A stretch of DNA of 59,986 bases from Fibrobacterota bacterium (GCA_039798065.1 JBDKGS010000002.1:1-59986); one strand, 5' to 3'; counted from the first letter of the stretch, positions 13,236-21,715 are shown. The notes: generated from the letters alone by a model not told the origin. Program-made: numbers and translations.

Positions 13236-13732
13236 GAGTCTCAGGTTTTCGATCCATGGAAGATCTCCATCCAGTTACGCGAAGGAGGGAAGCCTGACCA
13301 AATGATGGGGGAGCCTAATCTTAGGGAAGACGTGCGGTCGTACTCGAAGCGAGGTGGTCACCTCTAGAGAACGTTGGCTGAGCTGTCTCGGTGAAGAGGG
13401 GGAAGTGTCTGCCAGAATAGGATGAGGGGAGTGGCGGTAGCCTCCTCAACTCAGTTTGATTTCCGACGACCCAAGGCGCTGATCCCACCCCAAAGAGATC
13501 TCCACCTGATGGATGATGAAGCGCATCTCAGATGCCACACCCATCCCCCTAAGAGTTCGGAATCCGATCTCCAAGTAGTAGGGGAGATGACCTCCCAAAA
13601 CTTGGCTCAGTGGAACACGGTCTTGTCGGATCATGCTCCGAAACGAGTCGATTCTCCAACGATCCAAACATCCTGAAGTAGAAGGGGACGCATACTCTCC
13701 ACCTCCTTCATCCTTTCGTTTGCCCCCTCCAA

Positions 13733-13748
13733 TGTTCCACGTGAAACC
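13733..13748. promoter_or_regulatory. parS: parS site 4
   Basis: TGTTCCACGTGAAACC (15/16). Confidence 0.85.
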
Positions 13749-13846
13749 TTCTCCGGTTTTTCCTCGCCAACTTTCCGGGGTGGGAGGAGGATGTCTGTCC
13801 GCAGGCATGAGCACATGCACGCTCCCAGCCACCCTCCTCCCACTCC
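13733..13846 (+). repeat. parS-hairpin module, copy C
   Basis: The outer stem GGGGTGGGAGGAGGAT (13777-13792) pairs with ACCCTCCTCCCACTCC (13831-13846): 14 Watson-Crick pairs, 1 G-U and 1 mismatch. The inner hairpin is GCATG-agca-CATGC. Confidence 0.75.
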
Positions 13847-13988
13847 TCGAACTTGGATGCACCAACCTGAACGACCGACCATTCACCTGACTCTACACGC
13901 TCCACCTTAAACCCGGGTATCCAGTCCAAGGGATCTCTCAGATAGGTGAGGGAAGTGGGGGTGAGGTGGAGAGGTCGCCTCCTTATGC

Positions 13989-14004
13989 TGTTCCACGTGA
14001 AACC
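13989..14004. promoter_or_regulatory. parS: parS site 5
   Basis: TGTTCCACGTGAAACC (15/16). Confidence 0.85.
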
Positions 14005-14102
14005 TTTCTCGGGTTTCCCTCTCCAACTTTCCGGGGTAGGAGGAAGATGTCTGTCCGCTGGCATGAACACATGCACGCTCCCAGCCATCCTCCACCCACC
14101 CC
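13989..14102 (+). repeat. parS-hairpin module, copy D
   Basis: The outer stem GGGGTAGGAGGAAGATG (14033-14049) pairs with CATCCTCCACCCACCCC (14086-14102) at 14/17 positions. The inner hairpin is GCATG-aaca-CATGC. Confidence 0.7.
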
Positions 14103-14657
14103 TCAAGCGGATGCTTCCCTAAGTGAACCTCAAGACTTCATACCTCCCGCAACCCAGACTTCCAGCCGCCAACTTCCCACTCCTCAACCCTTTCATTCAT
14201 CATTCCCGAAAAGGGCGAGGCACCCAAAGGGTGCCAATGCCCGACAAACCGAAACATGAGTGGGGGATCCCGAAGGGGGTCGCGGTCATGGAGTGCCGCC
14301 AACCAGACCATCGGCCGCCCTTCGACTTCGCTCAGGGACCGAGGCCGATGGGTGAGAATCCCGTTGTGGCGGCACGTAAGTAGCGACCCTCTTGGGTCCG
14401 GCAATCCAAAGGGCCCGGACTGGCCCTTTGGTGCCGAGGGGGTCCAGAGGGGCAGCGGCATGAGCGGCCCCTGTGAAACGGAAAGCCCAGACGCCAGTCT
14501 GAGAAAGACAAAACTGTCGGAGACAAACCTGAAAGGACAAAGCGAAGCGCACCGGGGTCCGGGGCCAAAGCCCCGGAGAAGGGGTAGCCGCAGGCTCCCG
14601 CCACGGGAGTGAATACCCAACGGCGGAGCCGAAAGCTAGGGGGAGACGTCCCCCTCC

Positions 14658-15479
14658 CTATTGTTCCACGTGAAACAATCGCTTGTGAAAGAACCCAAAG
14701 TGCCAGCTCGGCGTCGCTTCGATCAGCGGGCGGAAGTCCTGGTCCAAGAGGAGATCCCAGTGGGCGATCACATCCGGGGAATAACGCTGAAGGCGAAGTT
14801 GGTAGGAGGAAGGTCCCGGCAACAAGGTCCCGGTCCAAATCTCGGGAGCGATGCCTTCACACCAAAGTCGGGGGAGCGGGGTGACCTGGGTGGAGTGACC
14901 CATCCACGTTCCGGGGACCCCTTGGGTGGGTGGTCGTTGGTCGGCCAGAAAGGCGACGAGTCCATTCCGACGGAGAGTCTTGTGCGCGGCGCGGACTCCG
15001 GTCTGGTTGTAGAGGACCGGGGTCTTGTGGAATCGACGGACGTGTTCCAGGAGGAGTTGACCGGGACGTTGGTGAGCGGCGCGGGCCACACCGATACAGT
15101 CGGGTCGCAGGTGGAAGAGGATTCCGGCGAGCCACTCCCAGTTGCCGTGATGCATGGAAAGGAAGAGAGCCGGTCGTCCGGTCTGGGTCCAAGTGGAGGA
15201 GATCTGGGACAGGGGAGTGAGGTCGAGGCGGTTCCATCCACCGGTCAGGAGGAGGACGGCTTCGCGCAAAGCATTGCGAAAAAGTTGGCGGGGGAGGTTG
15301 CTCGGAGGATGGGGGAGAACGGATTGGGCGAGGAGAGCGATTTCGGAATTGCGGGGAATGGGCAACCAGCGCCCTAACGGGGAGGTCAACGCGAGGAGGA
15401 TGCGTTGGGTGAGAGACGGTCGGAAGGGGAGGTCGACGACCAGGGTCTCGAGGGGTGTGAAAGGAGAGGTCGTGGTCAT
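14658..15479 (-). CDS. LpxL/HtrB-family lipid A (lysophospholipid) acyltransferase
   Basis: 273 aa with 'SMHHGNWEW' (the HxxxxE/D acyltransferase motif as in HtrB/MsbB). The length is typical. Confidence 0.65.
   Translation of the reverse strand: MTTTSPFTPLETLVVDLPFRPSLTQRILLALTSPLGRWLPIPRNSEIALLAQSVLPHPPSNLPRQLFRNALREAVLLLTGGWNRLDLTPLSQISSTWTQTGRPALFLSMHHGNWEWLAGILFHLRPDCIGVARAAHQRPGQLLLEHVRRFHKTPVLYNQTGVRAAHKTLRRNGLVAFLADQRPPTQGVPGTWMGHSTQVTPLPRLWCEGIAPEIWTGTLLPGPSSYQLRLQRYSPDVIAHWDLLLDQDFRPLIEATPSWHFGFFHKRLFHVEQ
14662..14677. promoter_or_regulatory. parS: parS site 6
   Basis: TGTTCCACGTGAAACA matches 16/16, identical to the classic Bacillus subtilis parS. It lies in the last codons of the acyltransferase gene. 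Confidence 0.9.
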
Positions 15480-15552
15480 AGGAAAGTGGGAGAGAATCTA
15501 GTGCCGGAAAGGGGAGGTCGTTGGGATGTGTAGTTTCGTGGCAATAGGGGGA

Positions 15553-16215
15553 ATGAGGATGGGTTCACGAATAAGGGGGAGCGCTGTGAGAAATTTGTGG
15601 CAAGGTTTGGTTTGTGTGGCTTTGGTGGTGGGGTGCTCGAAGTCGCCGGAGACACCATCGGTTTCGAAAGTCGCGGAAGGTGGAACGGTCGATACGACCC
15701 AGGCGCTTCAGTCGCCGCTTCTGGGTGGGACGAAGGTGAAGGCGGGGGACTTCCGGGTTTCGATGCGGGAGGGGCGGGTGATCCTGCCGGGTCTTTCACT
15801 TGTGCTCCCAGTTGGCTGGTCTTTGGACTCCCAAGCGACCTCGCCACGATTGGCGAACTTGATGGCACCCGGTGGGGTTCAGGTGGCGGTGTTCTGGTTT
15901 GGCCCGACGGCCGGCGGAACGATTGATGAAAACTTGAGCCGGTGGGATGGCTTTTTCTCGCCGATATGGTTGAGGGAAATCGAGCGGGACACGTCCAACC
16001 CGTCCGCACTGGTTTGGGGTCGGTGGCGGGGCAAGTACCAGAGCACCATGGGGGCACCACCCGCACATGGCAGCGACACCACCGAAATGTTGGCGGGAAT
16101 CGTGCCGACCTCGCAGGGGTCGGTGTTCTTCAAAGCGGTGGGATCGGTGGCGTCGTTGGAGGCCGTTCGACTCACCTTGCGTGGATTGCTCCAAGCGGCG
16201 AAATTGGAAGAGTGA
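15553..16215 (+). CDS. Hypothetical lipoprotein
   Basis: Signal peptide with lipobox 'VALVVGCS'. The overlapping minus-strand ORFs are Pro/Arg-rich shadow frames. The start is uncertain (15526, 15553 or 15559). Confidence 0.55.
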   Translation: MRMGSRIRGSAVRNLWQGLVCVALVVGCSKSPETPSVSKVAEGGTVDTTQALQSPLLGGTKVKAGDFRVSMREGRVILPGLSLVLPVGWSLDSQATSPRLANLMAPGGVQVAVFWFGPTAGGTIDENLSRWDGFFSPIWLREIERDTSNPSALVWGRWRGKYQSTMGAPPAHGSDTTEMLAGIVPTSQGSVFFKAVGSVASLEAVRLTLRGLLQAAKLEE

Positions 16216-16247
16216 GTCGAGGGGGCACTCGGCCGAAGGATCTTGGG

Positions 16248-16688
16248 CTAGAGCCAGTTCGGTTTTGGGGAAACCGGTTCGCGGTCTTGGAGATGGCGGA
16301 CCCAATCTCCGTGTTCGATGGGGGTGCCGCCGCCATGGGGCCAGCGGTAGGTTTGCGCCAAATGGGTGGTTTGGTGCCCGGGGAGTTGGACCTCGCGCAC
16401 TTCGCGAACAAACAACGAACCTTCGACATCGGCGGGGTCGAAACCCTCCAGGTCGTCGATGCGGTCCAGGGCGGCCACCGGGAGCAAGAACAATTCGCCG
16501 ATGACTTTCCCCTCGCCTTCGATCAGACCGGGATAGTCGCCCAGGTCCAAAAGTTGGCCATGGGTGGTGGCCCAGCCCAACGGAGTTGCTCCACCCAGCC
16601 GCGGTGCGTTGGGTTGGTTGGAGCGAAGGGTGCCGTACACAAATAGGTGGCACGTCGGGACGTCGGGTGGAAGTTCGTGGTCGTGCAT
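16248..16688 (-). CDS. Gamma-glutamylcyclotransferase (AIG2/GGCT-like) family protein
   Basis: 146 aa with 'LFVYGTLR...', 'GDYPGL' and 'V.GELF', typical of the GGCT-like fold. Confidence 0.7.
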   Translation of the reverse strand: MHDHELPPDVPTCHLFVYGTLRSNQPNAPRLGGATPLGWATTHGQLLDLGDYPGLIEGEGKVIGELFLLPVAALDRIDDLEGFDPADVEGSLFVREVREVQLPGHQTTHLAQTYRWPHGGGTPIEHGDWVRHLQDREPVSPKPNWL

Positions 16689-16699
16689 GCAAAGGAGTT

Positions 16700-16757
16700 T
16701 AAAAAACAGCGAGGTTGTCTGTAGGGGCGATTCATGAATCGCCCTCTACAGACAACC
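16700..16757 (-). terminator. Rho-independent terminator downstream of hsp20
   Basis: A ~22-bp near-perfect inverted repeat (GGTTGTCTGTAG[A]GGGCGATTCA / TGAATCGCCCCTACAGACAACC) is followed on the minus strand by TCGCTG-TTTTTT. Confidence 0.75.
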
Positions 16758-16761
16758 GATC

Positions 16762-17175
16762 TTAGAGCACCTGGACTTGTCGCGCGCCGACTTCGGGCTT
16801 GAGGGCTAGGCGGATCTCCAACACCCCGTTCTCGAATTTGGCTTGGACGGTATCGACATCGATGGTGTCGGAAAGCTGGAAGGTCCGCTCGAACTTTCCA
16901 TATCCGATTTCGGAATATCTATATCCCTTAGTCTCGTAGCTGGGGGCTGGCTTCTCTCCGGAAAGGGTCAGGACCTGCTCCTTGACCTCCACCTTGACCG
17001 CTTCCTTGGGAATGCCGGGAAGTTCGGTGCGCAACACGAAGCCGCCTTCCACTTGGGCGACATCGACGGCGGGCCGGAATTTGGTTGTGGCGGGAGCGGT
17101 GGGGCGCTCGAAGTCGCGGAAGAATTCTTCGAGCAGGTTGCGAGGGGTGGCGATGGTGTACATGGTGTGCTCCAT
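16762..17175 (-). CDS. Hsp20/alpha-crystallin small heat-shock protein
   Basis: 137 aa with 'PAVDV...F.L..ELPG..KE.V.VEV....L.LSGE' and 'F.NGVLEI.L'. Confidence 0.9.
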   Translation of the reverse strand: MEHTMYTIATPRNLLEEFFRDFERPTAPATTKFRPAVDVAQVEGGFVLRTELPGIPKEAVKVEVKEQVLTLSGEKPAPSYETKGYRYSEIGYGKFERTFQLSDTIDVDTVQAKFENGVLEIRLALKPEVGARQVQVL

Positions 17176-17452
17176 TGGTTGGACGTGGGATGGACGGACG
17201 GCAGAGACGGTGGTCTTTGCCTTACGTGGGTTTTAGAGGATTCCTTACCGTTGGAGAGGGCTTGAACCTCTCGTTCGGACACTCCATTCCTTAATCAACG
17301 AGCGTGCCAATTCTGTGGAATGGGCTTTGGCGCCGTTGATGGGTCGAATCGGTTTCGCTTTCGATCCGGATTGAAGCAAAGGGTTGTTTCAGGTGTCGCA
17401 AGACAGGACGGAAGTTGTCGCCAGGGCGGTGGGTCACTACTTTCCTTAGCCT

Positions 17453-17788
17453 ATGCCACTGCTTCCGGAAGAGAAGGAACTCGTCGCCCGCAGTCTGCAG
17501 CTTTACGCGCAGATGATCGGGAGCCAATACGGGCCTGCCGAAATGCAGGCTGCACTCCCCATGATCAAAGGGATCATCAAGAAGCTTGACGAAGTGGGTG
17601 TGGGAACCGGCGCGGCCCCTGGTGGTGTCGCACCGGTGGGAATCTCCGAGGAATTGTTCCAGGCCGTTTGCGCGAAGTGCCCCAAAGTGGGTGGCCCCAC
17701 GGGTTGCCAGGACCCCGTGACCGCTAAATTCCCGGGCAAATGCGATCCGATCCTCACTTTCGAGAGAAACAAGCGCCTGGCGGGATAG
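17453..17788 (+). CDS. Hypothetical small Cys-containing protein
   Basis: 111-aa ORF with plausible composition and four Cys ('CAKCPKVGGPTGC...GKC'). No clear Shine-Dalgarno. The competing 264-aa minus-strand ORF looks like a shadow frame. Confidence 0.5.
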   Translation: MPLLPEEKELVARSLQLYAQMIGSQYGPAEMQAALPMIKGIIKKLDEVGVGTGAAPGGVAPVGISEELFQAVCAKCPKVGGPTGCQDPVTAKFPGKCDPILTFERNKRLAG

Positions 17789-17855
17789 TTTTCTTCCAAG
17801 CCGCTTGTCACCGCATGGAGAATGGCGGTACAATCGAAGTAGGCCATATAAACAA

Positions 17856-19247
17856 ATGCGGATACAACTTCTCACTCCTGAACATCCTGCGCAGAATGCG
17901 GGGGGCATCGGCTCCCCCGTCGGGCGCGACGTCGAGGCGCTCGCAAGGGCGTACATGGCGCAAGGGCACGAAGTCCGTATTTCGGTTCCGCTTTTCAGCG
18001 CACCCGACCTTGAACGCTGGAAGGTTGTTGCCAATGTGCGGGCCTCGTTCCTCAAGCTGGAGGAAGCCAGGATTTTGGGCGGCAATGCCCAATGGCCCTA
18101 TGTGCGCTTGGTGCACCATCCTGTTTTGGAGCGCAGTCATCCGTATCTGGACGAAGGCGGATTCGACCATGGCGACAACGCTTTGCGGTTCGCTCTTTTT
18201 TGCGCGGCGGCACTCATCGATTGCGCCGCCGAAGATTGGACTCCGGATCTGATCCACGCCCACGAGTGGCAAAGCGGATTGGCCATTCTTTACGCGAAGA
18301 ATCATTTGCGCCCCATGCTGGGCGATGTCAAATTGCTGTTCAGTTTCCAGGACGCCGCCTTCCAAGGATTGTGCGACGCCTCGTGGGTCGACGACATTGG
18401 TATTGGTCGCGAATGGCTGAATTCAGACGGACTGGAATTTTGGGGTCGCTTGAACCTGTTGAAGTCGGGGCTTGTCTGCTCGCACCAAGTGACCTTGCCC
18501 AGCCAACAATATCTCCACGATTTGCTGGTCGATTCGCATGGGTATGGACTGGAAGGCATGTTCCGCTCGTTGGGCGGTAAAGTTCATCCCGTGAACCCGG
18601 GCGTGGACGATGCGGTCTGGAAGATCCCGACGGAGATCGCTTCCAATCCCGAAGCCTTGCATGAATGGAAGATTCAAGCGCGCAAGGAGCTGGTGGGTGG
18701 AACCGAGCCGTTGCTTGTGTTCGCCTCCTCGTTCAAGGCCGGCAAGGGAATCGACCATGTGCTCACCCTCATGCCCGATCTGTTGAAGATGGACGTGCGC
18801 GTGGCGGTGGTCGGTGGACACGGCACCGACGAACATCGGCATCTGGAATCGGTCGCGGCCAATCACCCCGAACGCATCCACTTGTTCAAGAAGGACGATG
18901 CGACCCTTCTGAAAGTTTTGAAAGCCGCCGACCTTTTGCTGTTGCCGGTGGCGCATCAGCCGGGCGGTGTGCTCTATGCACGCGCCATGTCGATGGGAAC
19001 GCCGACGCTTGCGCATCGCGTGGGAGCGGCTGCCGACCAGATCGTTTCCTATCCGAAGTCGGGTGCCGATGGGTTCCTGTTCGACGATTTGGCACCCGAC
19101 ACCTTGCTCAAGCACCTGCGCAAAGCGTTGCAGTTGCGTGCCAACATTCCCGAATGGACCGCCCTTTGTTCGCGCGCGGCTATCCGGGATTTTTCGTGGA
19201 CGAAAGTGGCGGGGACCTACTTGGGACTGCTGGAAGGCGGCGCGTAG
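17856..19247 (+). CDS. glgA: Glycogen/starch synthase-like glycosyltransferase (GT5/GT4 fold)
   Basis: The start is placed at 'MRIQLLTPE...GGIGSPV...GHEVRISVPLF', matching the GlgA N-terminal pattern. The C-terminus has a 'P..HQPGGVLYARAMSMGTP' GT-B motif. Confidence 0.75.
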   Translation: MRIQLLTPEHPAQNAGGIGSPVGRDVEALARAYMAQGHEVRISVPLFSAPDLERWKVVANVRASFLKLEEARILGGNAQWPYVRLVHHPVLERSHPYLDEGGFDHGDNALRFALFCAAALIDCAAEDWTPDLIHAHEWQSGLAILYAKNHLRPMLGDVKLLFSFQDAAFQGLCDASWVDDIGIGREWLNSDGLEFWGRLNLLKSGLVCSHQVTLPSQQYLHDLLVDSHGYGLEGMFRSLGGKVHPVNPGVDDAVWKIPTEIASNPEALHEWKIQARKELVGGTEPLLVFASSFKAGKGIDHVLTLMPDLLKMDVRVAVVGGHGTDEHRHLESVAANHPERIHLFKKDDATLLKVLKAADLLLLPVAHQPGGVLYARAMSMGTPTLAHRVGAAADQIVSYPKSGADGFLFDDLAPDTLLKHLRKALQLRANIPEWTALCSRAAIRDFSWTKVAGTYLGLLEGGA

Positions 19248-20716
19248 GAAGGGATCCGCACCGAGGCGCCTCCGCCAACGCCTGCCAGGATCGCCCGGTC
19301 GTTTTGCACGTGCACGTCGTAGATGTCGCCGGTCAGGCCTAAGCCTGCTTTCCATTCGCGGGTTTCGCCGCTTTGCAGGTTCCTGATGAACCAGGAGCCT
19401 CCCAGCGCCAAATGCAAACGGCCTTCGCGATCGAATTCCAAAGCGCGCAGCGGAGTCCGCTCGGGAAGCCAACGGTCGGGTTTGCCGCCGTGCCCGGGAA
19501 GGGTGTCGACGCACGCTTCGCGGCCGTCCCACCATGCCACGCGGAACGGTTCCTGCGATTCGACAACGGCGTGCACGATGTTGCGCGTTTGGGCTCGCTT
19601 GAGCCAGGCGGGTCGCATCCAGGTGGTGCCCACCCGCAGCCAAAATCCGTCGTTGGTGGCGGCGAGCAGCCCGGTGGGGGTCGAAAGCAGGGCGTTGATC
19701 GGGCCCGGTGTTTCCCAGGGCGGGACATCGACAGAAAACGTCTTGGAGCGCACCCGGAAGGAAAGCGAATTCTGGGTGCCCACCCAAAGAGTGTCTTGCG
19801 ATTCGAAGATGGACAAAACCCGTCCACCAAACGGCGCCTTGCGCCCCAGCAGACGGTCTTCGAAGCCGTCGATGGAAAGGCGAACCAGTCCGTCGGCGAC
19901 GGAGACCCACACGCCGCGAGAACTGGATGTTCCGACCAACCGGGACGACCGCAAATCGGCGTTGCGCGAATCGGTTGTCAGGAAGGTGGCCCGGGGGTTG
20001 CCGTCGCGCAGGGCGGTGAAGGAACCTTCGCAACCCTGCAACCAGATCACGCCCGAAGAATCGGGTGCGATCCGGGTGGCACAGGCTTCGGCCAAGCCGG
20101 TCGTCCGTGGCTCGATGCGGCCAGTGATGGATCGACCCGTCCACACGCCCTGGTCGGTGGCCAGCCACAATTCGCGATCGTCCAACGACATGGCGTGCTG
20201 GATGCGGATGCGCGCGCCGCGGGGATCGACAAGATCCGACTCCATGCGGATCCAGCCCGCGGGTGCCGGGTTCAGGTTGGCGATGGAGGCGATGTCGAGC
20301 GGTTTGCCCAGCCGCGACACGCAGCCCGCCGCCGGAGGAGTTTCTTCGCGCGCCGACTCGAGACCCGCCGACCAGCGAAACCAACGCTCGGTGCTGGAAC
20401 GGACCCACAAGCTCTGGGAAGGTTCGTCGAAGCAGATGGAGGCGATTCCTTCGCCGGGCAGACCCTGGTTGGTGCCGAACCACTTGGGAGTGTCGTCGCC
20501 CATGCGCCGGAACTGCAAAAGAGCGCTCGGATAGGCCACCCAGACTTCGAACGCCGATCCAGCCAAGCCGACGGGACGGCCCGTTTCGCCGAACGGGTGG
20601 GGATCGAATTGCGACGGAATTTGTCCGTGCGAGGCGAGCGCCAGACCCAGTCCCAACGCTATGACGGATTTTGTCGCAAAGCGGGACCGGGTGTCGCGTG
20701 GAATGGGATTGGTCAT
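19217..20716 (-). CDS. Secreted hypothetical protein, probably a beta-propeller
   Basis: 499 aa with N-terminal signal peptide 'VIALGLGLALASHG' and recurring W/G-rich ~45-aa segments. It sits downstream of mlaD. Confidence 0.55.
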   Translation of the reverse strand: MTNPIPRDTRSRFATKSVIALGLGLALASHGQIPSQFDPHPFGETGRPVGLAGSAFEVWVAYPSALLQFRRMGDDTPKWFGTNQGLPGEGIASICFDEPSQSLWVRSSTERWFRWSAGLESAREETPPAAGCVSRLGKPLDIASIANLNPAPAGWIRMESDLVDPRGARIRIQHAMSLDDRELWLATDQGVWTGRSITGRIEPRTTGLAEACATRIAPDSSGVIWLQGCEGSFTALRDGNPRATFLTTDSRNADLRSSRLVGTSSSRGVWVSVADGLVRLSIDGFEDRLLGRKAPFGGRVLSIFESQDTLWVGTQNSLSFRVRSKTFSVDVPPWETPGPINALLSTPTGLLAATNDGFWLRVGTTWMRPAWLKRAQTRNIVHAVVESQEPFRVAWWDGREACVDTLPGHGGKPDRWLPERTPLRALEFDREGRLHLALGGSWFIRNLQSGETREWKAGLGLTGDIYDVHVQNDRAILAGVGGGASVRIPSYAPPSSSPK

Positions 20717-20755
20717 CGGAAGGAAGAATATCTCAAAAACGCTGGTCCGCAGTCG

Positions 20756-21715
20756 TCACTTCTTGGCGGAATCCTCGAGGGGCTTCTTTTCTTCCGGCTT
20801 TTTGGCTCCGCCCACGACCTTGCCCACCAGCCAATGCTTGCGGCTGGCGTCGAGCATGGACTGGCCGTCGTCGATGAGCTTGCCGCCATTTCCTGTCAGC
20901 ACCTTGACCTGGCTTGCGATGGAGTCGCCGCGGCGCAGCAGGTTCACGCCCAGCACCCCGATGGTGTCGGCGCTGCGGGCGGTGCGGTTCAAGCGCGTGG
21001 CCAGCGAGTCGGATTGCTCCAACAGGCGAGGAACGCTTTTTTCCATCACCACGGCCAAGTGGTCCAGACGCGAGATGGTCCGTTCGCTCTGGTTGGCGGC
21101 ATGGTCGATGGACTGGACCGTGCGAAGGGTCTTGCGGTAGAGGTCGTCCTTCACGAGCACGGCGCCGATGGTGGTGTGGGTGTCGGTGACCATGTGCAGC
21201 AACGAATCGACGCGCGTGAGCGTGTTGCGAAATTGCGCGGTGAGGTTTGCAAGCGATCCCAGCGCGGTTTCGATGTCCTGCGGCGATCCCAGGCGAAGCG
21301 TGTCGCCCGCGGCCAGGATGGTGTCGCGCAGATCGCACTTCTCGATGTTGAGGACGCGATCGGAAACCATGTTGCGGTCGCGCTTGAAGTAGGCCACCGA
21401 ATGGCGCCGGATCAGGCTTTGGTACTTGAGCTGCAAATCGAGCGCGAGCACCACGCGGGCGTCGGGGGTGAGTCGCACGCCTTGCACGGTGCCAACTTGC
21501 ACGCCATTGAGAAGCACCTTGGCGCCGCGCGACATGCCGGTGCCATCTTCGTACAGCGCGTAGACCGTGTACTTGCGTTCCAGGAATTCGTTGTGGATGA
21601 GATAGGCGAACAGGGCGGTCGCGAACACGAGGGCGCTGGCCACCAGGATGGCGCCGGTGAGGAAATTGCGCACTTCCTTGAGCGCCAAAAGATCTTTCCA
21701 GGTCGCGCCTTTCAT
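20756..21715 (-). CDS. mlaD: MlaD/MCE-family substrate-binding protein
   Basis: 319 aa: N-terminal TM helix, then the MCE domain 'YTVYALYEDGTGMSRGAKVLLNGVQVGTVQGV'. Confidence 0.8.
   Translation of the reverse strand: MKGATWKDLLALKEVRNFLTGAILVASALVFATALFAYLIHNEFLERKYTVYALYEDGTGMSRGAKVLLNGVQVGTVQGVRLTPDARVVLALDLQLKYQSLIRRHSVAYFKRDRNMVSDRVLNIEKCDLRDTILAAGDTLRLGSPQDIETALGSLANLTAQFRNTLTRVDSLLHMVTDTHTTIGAVLVKDDLYRKTLRTVQSIDHAANQSERTISRLDHLAVVMEKSVPRLLEQSDSLATRLNRTARSADTIGVLGVNLLRRGDSIASQVKVLTGNGGKLIDDGQSMLDASRKHWLVGKVVGGAKKPEEKKPLEDSAKK

Noticed and set aside
12854-14102. Possible CRISPR array, because of regularly recurring sequence.
   Set aside because: The repeat units are ~115 bp, diverged (not near-identical 25-40-mers) and irregularly spaced (265, 614 and 256 bp). 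They contain a known protein-binding site, and no cas genes are nearby.
12748-14106. Several 70-150-aa ORFs on both strands across the parS region that share peptides such as 'MFHVKP', 'FHVEH' and 'AGSVHV.MPADRH'.
   Set aside because: The shared peptides are just the parS site and the conserved hairpin loop read in frame. The ORFs overlap each other, lack RBSs and have implausible composition.
12703-14657. oriC inside the 2-kb non-coding parS region. This would fit the Pseudomonas-like orientation of rsmG-parAB-atp.
   Set aside because: I found no 9-mer closer than about 6/9 to TTATCCACA apart from the parS half-sites, and no obvious AT-rich unwinding element. I cannot exclude it without GC-skew data.
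14105-14657. RNase P RNA, tmRNA or SRP RNA, prompted by 'AGTCCGGGC' on the minus strand and 'GAAGTCGAAGGG'.
   Set aside because: 'AGTCCGGGC' is only the loop and stem of a simple 10-bp hairpin, and there is no GAGGAAAGTCCGGGC context. There is no tRNA-like 3' end (GGTTCGAATCC...CCA), no tag reading frame and no GGAAGCAGCC SRP motif.
15476-16692. Minus-strand ORFs of 196 and 298 aa overlapping the lipoprotein gene.
   Set aside because: They are extremely Pro/Arg/Ser-rich and have no motifs. The plus-strand frame has a proper lipoprotein signal peptide.
17176-17290. Heat-shock regulatory element (sigma32 promoter, CIRCE or ROSE) upstream of hsp20.
   Set aside because: The only CTTGAA lies on the wrong strand and at the wrong spacing from any CCCCAT-like -10. 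No CIRCE inverted repeat (TTAGCACTC-N9-GAGTGCTAA) is present.
17291-18085. 264-aa minus-strand ORF spanning the hsp20-glgA interval.
   Set aside because: It overlaps both the 111-aa plus-strand ORF and the glgA start. Its composition is Arg/Ser/Cys-rich and non-protein-like.
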